A stretch of DNA of 61,998 nucleotides, filler included, from Pirum gemmata (taxonomy: Eukaryota), in NCBI GenBank assembly GCA_002812295.1. It is 20 parts of 20 records of this genome, joined end to end, with 100 filler letters (N's around TTAATTAATTAA, not from the genome) between each part and the next. Parts side by side here need not be neighbours in the genome. Positions count along the whole stretch, not along the records: positions 38,702 to 43,055 come from PDIN01004296.1; positions 43,156 to 46,023 come from PDIN01004297.1; positions 46,124 to 50,142 come from PDIN01004298.1; positions 50,243 to 53,098 come from PDIN01004299.1; 16 more parts are not named here. One strand, given 5' to 3'. Positions within the stretch are counted from its first letter, which is position 1. Each line of letters starts with the position of its first letter. Below, piece after piece: positions 39,939 to 51,814 of this stretch. Below the pieces are notes generated by a model, which was not told where the DNA came from, searched no databases, and saw nothing but the letters and a program-made list of their open reading frames with translations. Position numbers and translations under genes: made by a program.

Positions 39939-40205
39939 TGAAATAGTGAAAAGAGAAGTAATAATAATAACAATAATAATAATAAAATGTTAATTAAAAC
40001 ATCGAAGTGAACATTTTTAACTACATTTTTACTACATTCATTTTTGCAAATTACTTTTTTAAAAATCACATTTTTGGTTTACAATTATTATGACATTATT
40101 TCAATTTTTCTTTTACAACGCTATATAATTATATACACAGCTGTCAGCTGTCAGGTTTTTGAAAATTCAGTTCAAACNAATAATAATAATATTGATAATG
40201 ATAAT

Positions 40206-40239
<34 letters not shown>

Positions 40240-40276
40240 TATATAATAAATGACTAGTTGCCCTAGTATCGTAGCT

Positions 40277-40520
40277 CTAGTAGAATTTTACAATGCATTT
40301 TACCTTCCAATAGTTTTCACCATTGTAAGCGTGTCCGAATTCGTGTAATACTACAGCACCAGTTCCAATAGCATCGGGTGCACCTCCTCCTCCATCCATA
40401 ATTAAATTTTGTAGATTGTAAAATTTTCCCTTCCAAGTAAAAGAATTACTCGGTTCATCAAGCCACCCCAAGTTTATTGTATGTCGCGTAGGCTCTTTCA
40501 TTGCCTCATTTCCAAGTAAG
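40277..40520 (-). pseudogene. Zinc metalloprotease (astacin/ZnMc-like) fragment
   Basis: LGNEA...TINLGWLD...VVLHEFGHA. The expected LG..HEH continuation is absent and the frame ends shortly after. Confidence 0.65.
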
Positions 40521-41127
40521 TAGCATTAGCGTATTTGTACGTAAAAATAATTATTTTATAATAATAATGAAAAAGTTATTATTATCATTTATGATATAAA
40601 TAATAGATACTAATATCAGTCTAATATGATATCATTACAGACTATATTAGCTAGTTAGCTAGTAGGGTCTACCACGGCAGACTACTACCTATCAATTAAC
40701 TGTCATCGATTCATCATCATAGCTTCATCATCATACTATCATCATGTTTTATTTATTTATATAAATAATTTTTTTTAAAAAAATAAATAAAAATACGTAT
40801 GGGTCTAGCTAGCTAGCTTTCTAGCTATGATAGATAGTAGATGTATCGATAGTAGATGTGCTGTAGATGTACTACAAGACTACTCTAGCTAGGAATGAAA
40901 CTGAGAAATTTAGCGCGCACCGTGATCAAAACCTGTTAAAAACGCTATACCTATATTTAGTATATCGATAGTATCAACATTTTAACTATGAAATATTATC
41001 ATAATATGTAGTATCATACTATTTCATTACAGTTGACCTCTCAATCTTTAATTTGGTACTGTTAAGTGTATAATTGAACTTGTTTACAAAAATTTAATGC
41101 AGAATTAAATATTAAATACCAAAATAA

Positions 41128-42621
41128 TTGGGTACTCTTGGGTATTATCGATATCGTACTGTAAATGAAACTTTTTGTAAAACAAAGAAAACATATAAAA
41201 CATAAATCATTTTTGATTTTTTTTTCTTAATTATTAAATAAATAAAAATATTAAAGCATATCAGCTTAATTAAGCTTGCACTATATTATATTAAAATTTT
41301 ATTGTGGTGTTAAGAAAAAATGCTTTAAAAGCGGATCACAAAACAAAAATGGGTATCAGTACTCACTATACTTTAAAAATGAAACTTGGCTAAATGTCAT
41401 TGTGCTTCTATTTTAGTATATAACAAAACCGATAGGTATACCAGAAAAAATAATATCAATGTTTAAAAACAAAGGACTACAAATTTTAAAGCTACTATTT
41501 TAATTTTTGATAAAAATAATAAAGGTTTGAAAAATAAATTTATGAAATAAATAAAAGAATTATATACCGTCTGATAGTTTAACCTTTTAATACTAATTTG
41601 GTACGTTTATTTCAGTTTTTGAACTGGGCAACACAGGAAGTATTGTTTTTTTTTCTTCGAAATAAAATTTTTGTGCTGAAAAATGTGAGAAAAGAGCAAC
41701 GAAAGAAAAAAGAGCAAACCGATAAAAACAAGACCAACAACAAGACCTACAGTAACAACACTAACACCAATAACGACAATAAAATGGTGTTTTAAAACAG
41801 TTTCAAAATTACAAGACTAACGTTATAATAACCAATAATAATATTAATATACTAATAAATTGAATTCACAGATCAATAACAGTTACTGTAAACCAACATG
41901 ATACAAAAATTACTATAATTATTATGCTCGAAAAAAAAATCGAAATAATATTATAGAGGAACAATTATTAATATGACTTTTATTTATAGTTCATAGAGCT
42001 AGTAAAAATTTGTTTTTATATAACTTTATAATACGCATACGATATTATAATGTATAATATTATAATAATACATAATTTAAATGAGTAAGATAGACAAGCA
42101 ACCGTTATATATAGATACTTTGACAGCTAATGGCTTCGGTGTTGAATATATATATTACAATTTATTACTAAGCATCCTTATATAATAATAAGCATTACAT
42201 TGGAATCCCTTTATGCACATTTACAATGAATATTATTGAAGGATGAGAGCTTGTTAATATTAAAATCATATTGCGGTACGTATCGGTAAATTCTTTGAAG
42301 GGATCACAAAATACTTGGGTAAACTTGGGTACTCTTGGGTATTATCGATATCGTACTGTAAATGAAACTTTTTGTAAAACAAAGAAAACTTATAAAACAT
42401 AAATCATTTTTGATTTTTTTTTCTTAATTATTAAATAAATAAAAATATTAATTTAAAGCACACCAGCTTAAGCTTACGCTTACATTAAAATTTTATTGTG
42501 GTGAAATGCTTTAAGCGAATCACAAAAAAAAATGGGTATCAGTACTCACTATACTTTAAAAATGAAACTTGGCCAAATGTCATTGTGCTTCTATTTTAGT
42601 ATATAACAAAACCGATAGGTA
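41128..42621 (+). repeat. ~300-bp direct repeat pair (41128-41438 and 42325-42621)
   Basis: Both copies run from TTGGGTACTCTTGGGTATTATCGATATCG to TAACAAAACCGATAGGTA with small indels. Confidence 0.9.
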
Positions 42622-43325
42622 CCGATACCAGACCATTGAGTTATTTTAAAACACGCGTGGTTCCTAAAATCTACCTTAATTTGTTGTTGTTGTTGTTGTT
42701 TTCCACACTGAAATTTTCAAAGTGAAAGTCAAACAGTTTTATAATTAATTTGAATGGATTCAAAACTAGTGGTAGTACAAAACTATTATTATTATGAATT
42801 TACTTTATTTACGATAATCATGTGTACTGTACTGTTGCCGTTATATTACTTTTAAATAACAATAATTAAATATTTATATATATTTACCGTTACATTACTT
42901 TGAATAACAACAATAATCAATTGAAAGTATCACAAACGAAGACTTCAAAAATTGAAACTGATGATTTATATATTATATTTATAATAAATAAAAAACAATC
43001 GGTATGTATCACCACCCTAACCCTAACCCTAACCCTAACCCTAACCCTAACCCCANNNNNNNNNNNNNNNNNNNNNNNNNNNNNNNNNNNNNNNNNNNNT
43101 TAATTAATTAANNNNNNNNNNNNNNNNNNNNNNNNNNNNNNNNNNNNNNNNNNNNATATATTATAAAATAGCGTGTACTCAATGACGAGTACACTTTCCT
43201 TTGTGTACTCAATGACGAGTACACTTTGTGTACTTTTTGTTATACCTATATAGGAAGAGGAAAATTTAATTTTATCATGTTATTTAACACTTTGGTGTTT
43301 AAAAACCCAAACTTATGTACATTGT

Positions 43326-44456
43326 TTATTCTTTTGCTAAATTTAATAGAATGTCGAAATTTTTCACAATACTATTTAACATGACAATATTATCAAAAAA
43401 TATTTTATCCAAAGTCAAACTAATATTATCTTTCTTAGTGGTAATATTAACCACATTTTCTAAAATTTTCACTTTATTTTTTTTAATTTGTTCCAACTTG
43501 TTTTTATTGTGTTCCAATTGTTTCTCCACCTGTTCTTCACTCATATCATCACACTTTTTCAATAACAAATTCTCCATGTTATTGGTTAATTGTTTTTCAA
43601 TATTACGAGTATTTTGATACAGTTCAGTAAATTTATTTAAAGATTTATCATAACCCAGTTTCTTATCATAACGGGTTTTAAATGCATCTAAGGCTTTAAT
43701 GTTACGTTTCATCATATGGTTGATAGTATTTAAATGTTTTTTATAATTCATATCCAATATACTACTTATACCATCTTTAACTTGCTGAATTTCTTTATCA
43801 ATACGTTCAAATTTATCATAACAATACTCTAACTCCGAATTAATAAGCACTTGTCGACTACTTTCCTCTTTAAATGGTTTCGTAATTGTAAATGAGACAA
43901 CATCTTTACCCGAGGGCTTAGTTCGACATACACATAAAAAGTGTTTATACATTATCGCCAAGTTGTATCGTGATTGTAGTAGACTATACTGTAATCGTCA
44001 AATTTGTCTTTTAATAGCGCTTTAATTTCTTTTATATCCGATTCATCCACTTCACTTACATGTATTATACTTTTATAAGTTTGTTCTAATCGTGTTTCAA
44101 TATCCTGCCCCCCTTCGAATTCTTCATCCTAATATTTTTTTTGAACGTCACTATCATAAGTATTGGCAATGTCTAATTCGGATACACGTTTTGTATAATT
44201 TTCAATAAAATCTGAATGTTTATCCTTTTCATCGAGTACCATGGTTTTTAAAGGATAAACGTTATGTTTACATCATTCATTTTAAAAGTTTATAATCTTC
44301 TGAAACGTCAATTAAAAATTTAACACCAGTACTGGCAATAACACACTCAATAAATACTAAAGTTTTATTTAAACAGAAATTTTTTTCGGGAAATACACCA
44401 TTCTTTACCAACAACTGTTGGTACTGGTCTTCACTTGGCTCTTCACGAAAACTCAT
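43326..44456 (-). pseudogene. Decayed giant-virus gene resembling a conserved iridovirus/marseillevirus-type (Pimascovirales) hypothetical coiled-coil protein
   Basis: Intronless. ATG at 44456 gives MSFREEPSEDQYQQLLVKNGVFPEKNFCLNKTLVFIECV..TGVKFLIDV; after frameshifts and stops it reads IETRLEQTY, RQI*RLQYS..RYNLAIMYKHFLCVCR, then 211 open codons ending LDKIFFDNIVMLNSIVKNF. Family match recalled from memory, not searched. Confidence 0.65.
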
Positions 44457-44548
44457 TTTTTAATGCTATGAATAATACAATTAAACTTTTTTTTTTAAAA
44501 AAAATTAATAATTACCCACAGTTTTTTTTTTTTTTTAATTTTTTTTGG

Positions 44549-44585
<37 letters not shown>

Positions 44586-44648
44586 AAAAAAAAAAATAGA
44601 CTAAAAAAAATAGACTAAAAATAGAACAAATTATTTGCTTTTTTTTTT

Positions 44649-44836
44649 ATAATTAACTTGATTGGATAATATGAATTATTTGATTTTTTTTTTATAATTT
44701 ACTTGATTGGATAATATGAATTATTTGATTTTTTTTTATAATTAACTTGATTGGATAATATGAATTATTTGATTTTTTTATATAATTAAAACTTGATTGG
44801 ATAATATGAATTATTTGAGTTTTTTTTATAATTAAC
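44649..44836. repeat. Four tandem ~45-bp repeats between two divergent intronless pseudogenes
   Basis: Unit ATAATTAACTTGATTGGATAATATGAATTATTTGA(T)n. Confidence 0.9.
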
Positions 44837-44984
44837 AGAAATTCCTACTTTCCTAGGTAAAATTCAAATTTCTTTTTAGTCTATTTTTAAAAAGAAACAA
44901 ACTGATATATAAGTATTGATTACTACCCTTTACACAGCATAAAAAACTGTTACTCAAATTTTGAAAAAAAAAAAAACTTGAACT

Positions 44985-45696
44985 ATGTCTGAAAAGAGAA
45001 AAAGAGTCCACAAACAAAAACAATGTCCATATTGTGAACATCACATTGGTATTAACAATTTTAAACGTCACCTTGAAAATTCTCAATGTCAAAAAATTAA
45101 ACATAATGTAGACCTTGAGTAACAAGCTAAAAGATTATGTGTCAATGACAATGATGGCGATCAACAAAGAATTACTGATTTGGAAAACGAGTTGAAAAAT
45201 GCCAAAGAGGAAATTGAATTTACCAACAATAAATTAGAAATAGCCCTTAAGGAGTATAATAATAAAATAGAAATAACCCTTAAGGAGTCTGCACTTATGA
45301 AAATTAAATGAACACTAAACTCGCTAAATCAGAGGCTAAATATGAAAATGAATTGAACTTGTTAAAAAAAAAATTGAAAAGAAAAAGTTGCAAAAATGCA
45401 AAGTTAAGCTCTCTAAAAGTGACGGCAAACTTACCCAAATGAACAAACAGTTGGAAAATAGGGATAACCAAAACAAAAAATTAAGTTTAAACATTCAAAA
45501 GTTGAAAGAAAAAGAATCCAAAAAACCGGCTTTTATTAGGTTGCTTACACCTGCAAAAGATATCGAACTTTGTGGTCAGGTAGTTGATTTCGGTATTATT
45601 TCCGCTGATATAGCTTGTAAAATTACAGAGGAAATTGAAGGAATAATTAAACAAAATCCCGATGATGTCGAAAAAAAAATCCCAACACTACGGTAA
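44985..45696 (+). pseudogene. Disrupted zinc-finger plus coiled-coil gene, virus-like
   Basis: MSEKRKRVHKQKQCPYCEHHIGINNFKRHLENSQC (C2HC finger), in-frame TAA at 45120, continued heptad-rich frame, then a frameshift into the 45388-45696 ORF. No introns. Confidence 0.6.
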
Positions 45697-46308
45697 AGAA
45701 TTCCAACACTATTCCAATTTCCAACACCCCCTGAGGGTCTAGCTACTCTAGGACTAGATTTCGCAGGATTTCACTAGGATTTCGAAGGAAAAAAAATACA
45801 GGAATTTAGTAGGAATTTTTCTCGGGAATTTTTTTTACAAAGAATTTTTTTTTATTTTATTTATTATTGTAGCTATTATTATTATTATTAAATCATTTTT
45901 TTTTTATTGTTAATTATTAATATTATTATCATTATTTTTCTCCATTAATATAAATTGTCTTTGTTATTTTTTTGTTGTCTGCAAGTCATCGTGTAGTACC
46001 ATTAATTATTATTATTATTATTANNNNNNNNNNNNNNNNNNNNNNNNNNNNNNNNNNNNNNNNNNNNTTAATTAATTAANNNNNNNNNNNNNNNNNNNNN
46101 NNNNNNNNNNNNNNNNNNNNNNNAGGGGGGTCTGATAGAGTAGTAGATACGTAGTCGACTCAATGGTGTGTGGGGCTGTGTGGGCCCTGTGGGGGCCTTC
46201 AAAGGAGATTATTTATAATTAGATTGGATAACATGTAGATATTATATATATAGAAGTACTGCTCTATCGTGATAGGATTACTTATAAATAAGTCCGGCCC
46301 TAATTTCA

Positions 46309-46342
<34 letters not shown>

Positions 46343-46711
46343 CATATGATAGACTTCTAGCTCTAGCTAGCTAGCTAGCTAGCTAGCTTAGTAGAGTAGA
46401 GAATCTCCCTTCTTCCTCTATAGACTATAGTAACTAGCTCAGATTATATTGTACTTGATATCTGATTTATAAAAATAATTATTATTATTATCGTAGACTA
46501 TCATGATATGATATCTGATACTGTTATAACTATTACAGCCGTCTTCTAAATTAAATTTTATCGATGTAGTTATAGTTTATTATAAAATTTAGATAAATAA
46601 TTATTATTATAAATGTCATTAAACCCACGTCTCATGATTATACATGATTATATTTTTAAAAAATAATCGTATTTTATTATGATATGATACTATTTATTTT
46701 TCAGTTTTTTC

Positions 46712-46755
<44 letters not shown>

Positions 46756-46968
46756 GCCAAGCCAGATAAAACTGTAGAATTTTTTTTTAAGACTTCTTTT
46801 CTAAAATTCTAGCCAAATTATTATTAAAACTGGCCATTGGCTCATAATAGAGTTTTATTAGTTAGAAGTTTCCTCAAAACTTGGTAGTACTTTTGTTAAA
46901 ATTGGAGTATTTTGAGATTTTTTGGATATTTGAGTTGGCGGATGTCGCAATTTTTTTCCGACGTGCAA

Positions 46969-47017
<49 letters not shown>

Positions 47018-48436
47018 CGTTTAGAAATTCAGTCTATGAACGAAACTTTGCGCTGCTTGTCCAATATATATTGTTCCTGATGTCTATAGAAAGGTCTTGG
47101 TGAGCCAATCAAATATACTAAATAAAATTTAAAAGTGTTTTTTTTTTAATAAAGACTTTTTATTGATATTTATAAAATTTAATATTTATAAACAAAATAA
47201 ACCTTCAAAAGCTAGAAAAAAATACAGTCAAATTATTAATTTTCATTGGTCAAATCATGTAGGCTCTGACAGACGGGTGTCACTGTTGGTGTCGGGTGAT
47301 GAGTCTGATGACGTATCATTTATGTTGATTTAGGTCTATGTTCGAAAATGAAAAAAAAAAATTCTCAATTTGGAATTTACATTCCGTCGCTTCAGTTTGG
47401 CTTTTGTGGACTTAAAGTTGCAATACAAAATATAAATGCTTATAGAATGTTCAATAATGTCTGGATGAGCTTCTATTTTTTATTGGTTCATTTTCTTAAT
47501 TTGTGCATAGTCACATGACCCATAGACATCGGGCCACTAGCTGGTTTAAAACCTGGGTGACTTTGTTGGATTATAGAATGAAGTTCAGAATGAAGTTAGT
47601 GATTTTTTATTTATTTTTTTTTATTTTTATTTTTTTTTTTTTAGCTAGCTAGCTATACTATGATTCAGCTATACTACAGCTAGTAGCTAGCTAGCTAGTA
47701 GGCTATGTTAGTCTACTCTAGCCTAGCTATCATAGGTTACTGTAGAGTGTAGACCTAGCTAGGTTACTGTAGACCTAGCTAGCTATTAGGAGTAGTAGAG
47801 GGCTAGCTACTCCCTACTAGCTAGCTACTATCGATAGCTATTAGGCTACATATTATTAGGAGTAGATAGCAGAGACTACTCTCTACTAGCTAGAGCTAGC
47901 TAGCTAGCTAGCTAGTAGGGAGAGGTAGACTACTAGCTAGTTAGCTAGAGGTAGCTGAACCTCAGCTAGCTAGCTGAACCTACCGATCTCGCCTACTAGC
48001 CGATCTCGCCTGAACCTGCTATCCGATACTAGTCTAGCTAGATTTCTTTTTGCTACTAGCTAGCCTACTACTATGTAGCTAGATTTCTTTTTGACCAGAG
48101 ATAATATTTTATAAATATGATAATTAAAATCACCGGAGGCCCTGCGTTATCTTTTTTAGCCTATACCCTATACCTATTGACTTCTATATTTATAAACCAA
48201 CATAATAATTATTGTAATAAATAAACTAAATAAACCATCATAATAATACTTACTAATAAGCAAAATAATGGTAAATGCACAAAAGCCATTTATAAATATA
48301 ATACATCATTACGAAATACAATCTATTGATTGTAAATTCAAACCTAGTAGATTCAATATAGATACAATAAAATGAAGTTATACAATTCCAATTTTGAAAA
48401 GCTAAAAGCTAAAAGCCAAAAAAAAAAAAAAAAAAA

Positions 48437-48486
<50 letters not shown>

Positions 48487-49407
48487 TAAAACAAGCTATT
48501 AAACAAGTGCAAAAGAAAGAAATGTCAATATATTCATTGTTGTTCATTTTTGTTATTTTATTATTGTCATAGCTTTTTAAAATAGTAATATTTCACTAAA
48601 TCCACTCACTCACTCCATAGTATTAGTATCACATTTAAAATATCAAATGTAATTGATAAAACAACTAGCTAATAAAAACACATTATACACAAACAGATAC
48701 TCAGCCACAGGGAAGAGAAGAAATCAAGTAGTCTAACAATGAAGTAATAATGAAGTAATAATGAAGTAATTAATATATATGTATAAATAGTGTATGAATA
48801 ATGAAAATAGAAAAATATTCTTGGTAACAACCCCTATGATGTATTATTATTTCTACAAGCCTGTCATAATATATTATATTCAATAACACAATAGTATTTA
48901 TATTAACGTATGCGAAAACTTTGAAATGACCATGTTTATGATAATGACAATGGTGATGATAACGATAATGATAGTGATAATAATAANNNNNNNNNNNNNN
49001 NNNNNNNNNNNNNNNNNNNNNNNNNNTTATTATTATTATTATCATTATTATCATTATTATTATTATTATTATTATCATTATTATTACACTTTATGTTTGC
49101 CTGTTTTGTTTCCTCCTTACGTAGTCTGTGTGGTTTGAACTAGACCTGAACTATACCTCTACTCTCTATTGTCACCGTTACATTATTATTATGTTGCTTT
49201 TATCTAAGTGTTTTTATTCTGATTACAGTAGTATGGATATCAATAGTGCATCAATACTGTTATGATTATTATACTGTATATATAATAATGGTAGCTTACT
49301 ATAAAGCTTGATACATCATAAAAATCTAGTCATAAAAATTGGGCAATGATATTTTTGTTTTTTAAATCACAACTCACACAATCTATTTTTTTATTATTAT
49401 TAAATTA

Positions 49408-49975
49408 AACCTGGGGACAACCACTACGCTAACTTGATCAGGCTTAGTAGCGTAGTGGTTCAACTGTCAGGTTTAACAAAAGAAGGCAAGGTCCTCATCT
49501 CTTGTAATTAGACATCTCCCCTTACAATCCCTGAATTGAATGCAGAGTATTAAACTTGATCAACTATGTTAGATAATATACAAGTCATACACAGACTATT
49601 TACACAAAGCAAGCCTTATTACTAATTACGTTTACTAAACCTGGGGACAAGCACTATTAAATTACATTTACAAAGCCTGGTGACAAGCATTACCGATACG
49701 CTCTAGTAGTAACTAGCTAGCCTGATCAAGCTAGAGCGTTGTGGTTGTCCCCAGGTTTTGTAAATGTAGATTTAATTAATAGGTTTGATTCGGTTTGTTT
49801 AAATAGTCTGTGTATGACTTGTGTAATTAGCATGTGTGTATGTTCGGTTTGTGTTGTTGGGGGAGACCTAAGAGGGGGTCAACTTCAAATGTAGGGAAGA
49901 TGGACCTTGAAGCCTTCTTCTGTTAAATCTGGGCCACTCCTGGTACGCTCTAGAGTAGCTTGATCAGGCTCTACG
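49408..49975. mobile_element. Two inverted copies of a ~260-bp element with repeated terminal block
   Basis: 49408-~49660 and the reverse complement of ~49715-49975 share AAACCTGGGGACAACCAC, CTTGATCAGGCT, TTTAACA.AAGAAGGC..AAGGTCC and ACAAGTCATACACAGACTATTTA. Confidence 0.6.
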
Positions 49976-51428
49976 ATGAGAAAAAAAACAAAAAAAGAAG
50001 AAAAAAAACGAGAAAAAACGCATTACGTCATTATATTTATAACTTTCTTCTAGTCTACATACCATTTTTGAGAATAGCTACAGTTAGAGCTCAGTTAGTT
50101 ATCTGACAAAAAAAAAAAAAAAAAAGTTAAAAAAAATTTTTTNNNNNNNNNNNNNNNNNNNNNNNNNNNNNNNNNNNNNNNNNNNNTTAATTAATTAANN
50201 NNNNNNNNNNNNNNNNNNNNNNNNNNNNNNNNNNNNNNNNNNTGTTGTTGTGGAAGTTGTTGTTGGTATTCTTATTACTACTAACGATATTATTAATTTC
50301 ACCAGTGAAATTATTTTCATGTGACGTCGTGAATAAATTGCAGCTTCGACTTTTTGTTATTATTACAAAGATATTTTTTGGGGGAAGTCCAATAGAACTC
50401 GAACGACTACTACTATTATTCTTGTTTACCATTGTTGAATCAACTTTATTAAGACCAACATCATTATTACAATTTTTAGTAGTTGTAGAAGTAGTGTTAA
50501 TAGTAGGACTTTTACACATAGTTTATAATAACAATTGTAACCAAACACAAAAACAATTTTTACACTTTTTATCTATTATATNNNNNNNNNNNNNTTTTTT
50601 ATTTGGTACTTTTAAGTTTATAAACGTGGTTATTTTAAATTGAAATATAAATTATTAAACTCGCCAAGTTAATTAAATTGTATCAAATAAATTTGATATA
50701 GTATTAACTTGGTATTTATTACTGCGTATTCTATTATGACAAAACAACTGAAAAGCACGATATAATTATCTCGACATATCTAAACTATCTAAAGTACTTC
50801 TAAAGTCCAGAATTCGCTCATTTATCACTTTTTATCGCATAAAGTGTCTATTAAACTATAATATTTGCCAGAAAAAAAAATGAACTTTTAGACTACCGGT
50901 ATATGAATTTACATGAGACCTCATGGTAGGTAGTTATTATATTTAAATGATATCGATAGTAATGATAATAATGATAAAATAATGATAATAGTGAAAATTA
51001 ATATATAATATATATAGATATAATATATAATCGGAGGTACTTTTAATTAACTGAGAACGATGTGCGAAAACTACATAAATAAAAAAATAATAATATGTAT
51101 CAGATACTTACTCACTTTGAAACAGAATGATGAAGTTTGAAGTTTGAACTCCTTGATTTTTTGCTATCGTAGTCTAGAGATTCGATAGGATTTTTTAAAA
51201 AAATTAATTTTTTTTGATTTTTTTTCAAGGACTTCAAGAAAAACTTTGAGAAAAACCCTTGCAGTCCTTGTTTTTTTATTTTTTTATTTTTTATTTTTTG
51301 AATCAGCCACTAATCAGCCTAGCTACTCCAAGCTAGCTCTACTAGCAAAAAAGTTATCAATAAGATTTTTATAGCAGTAACATTACTATAATAATAATAA
51401 TAATTACAGAAGAAATCGAGAATTTCTG

Positions 51429-51814
51429 ACAGAGAAAATGGCTCGAAAAATGCTGTACGGGCTCAAAAAATTGCTGTGCGCGGTTTCTGTACAGCAAAAA
51501 AAATTCGCTGTACCCAATAAACCTAACGGGATTTTTTAGAAAATTTTACCCCTTTAGTTACCCCTTTAGTGGGTACTTTTGAGGTCAAAATGTCCCTAGA
51601 GGTTACCCCAGGTTTAGTGGGTACTTCTGAGATCAAAAAGGTCCCTAGAGGCTACCAGCTAGGCTACCCCAGGTTACCCCAGCGATATTATGCCGAAAAT
51701 TCTCTCTGTCAGCGCATTTTTCTTTTACTGTACAGCGAATTTTTTTTGCTGTACAGAAACCGCGCACAGCAATTTTTTGAGCCCGTACAGCATTTTTCGA
51801 GCCATTTTCTCTGT
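51429..51814. mobile_element. Non-autonomous DNA transposon/foldback element with 85-bp perfect inverted repeats
   Basis: 51429-51513 is the exact reverse complement of 51730-51814. The interior has duplicated TTTAGTGGGTACTT..GAG.TCAAAA.GTCCCTAGAGG.TACC subrepeats. Confidence 0.88.

Noticed and set aside
43015..43055. Telomeric repeats at contig edges taken as true chromosome ends (also 8921-8962)
   Set aside because: Orientation is wrong for a terminus (C-strand at a right edge, G-strand at a left edge); these are internal tracts where assembly broke.
49715..49760. Possible hammerhead ribozyme (CCTGATCAAG...)
   Set aside because: Core is CUGAUCA rather than CUGANGA and no properly placed GAAA is present.
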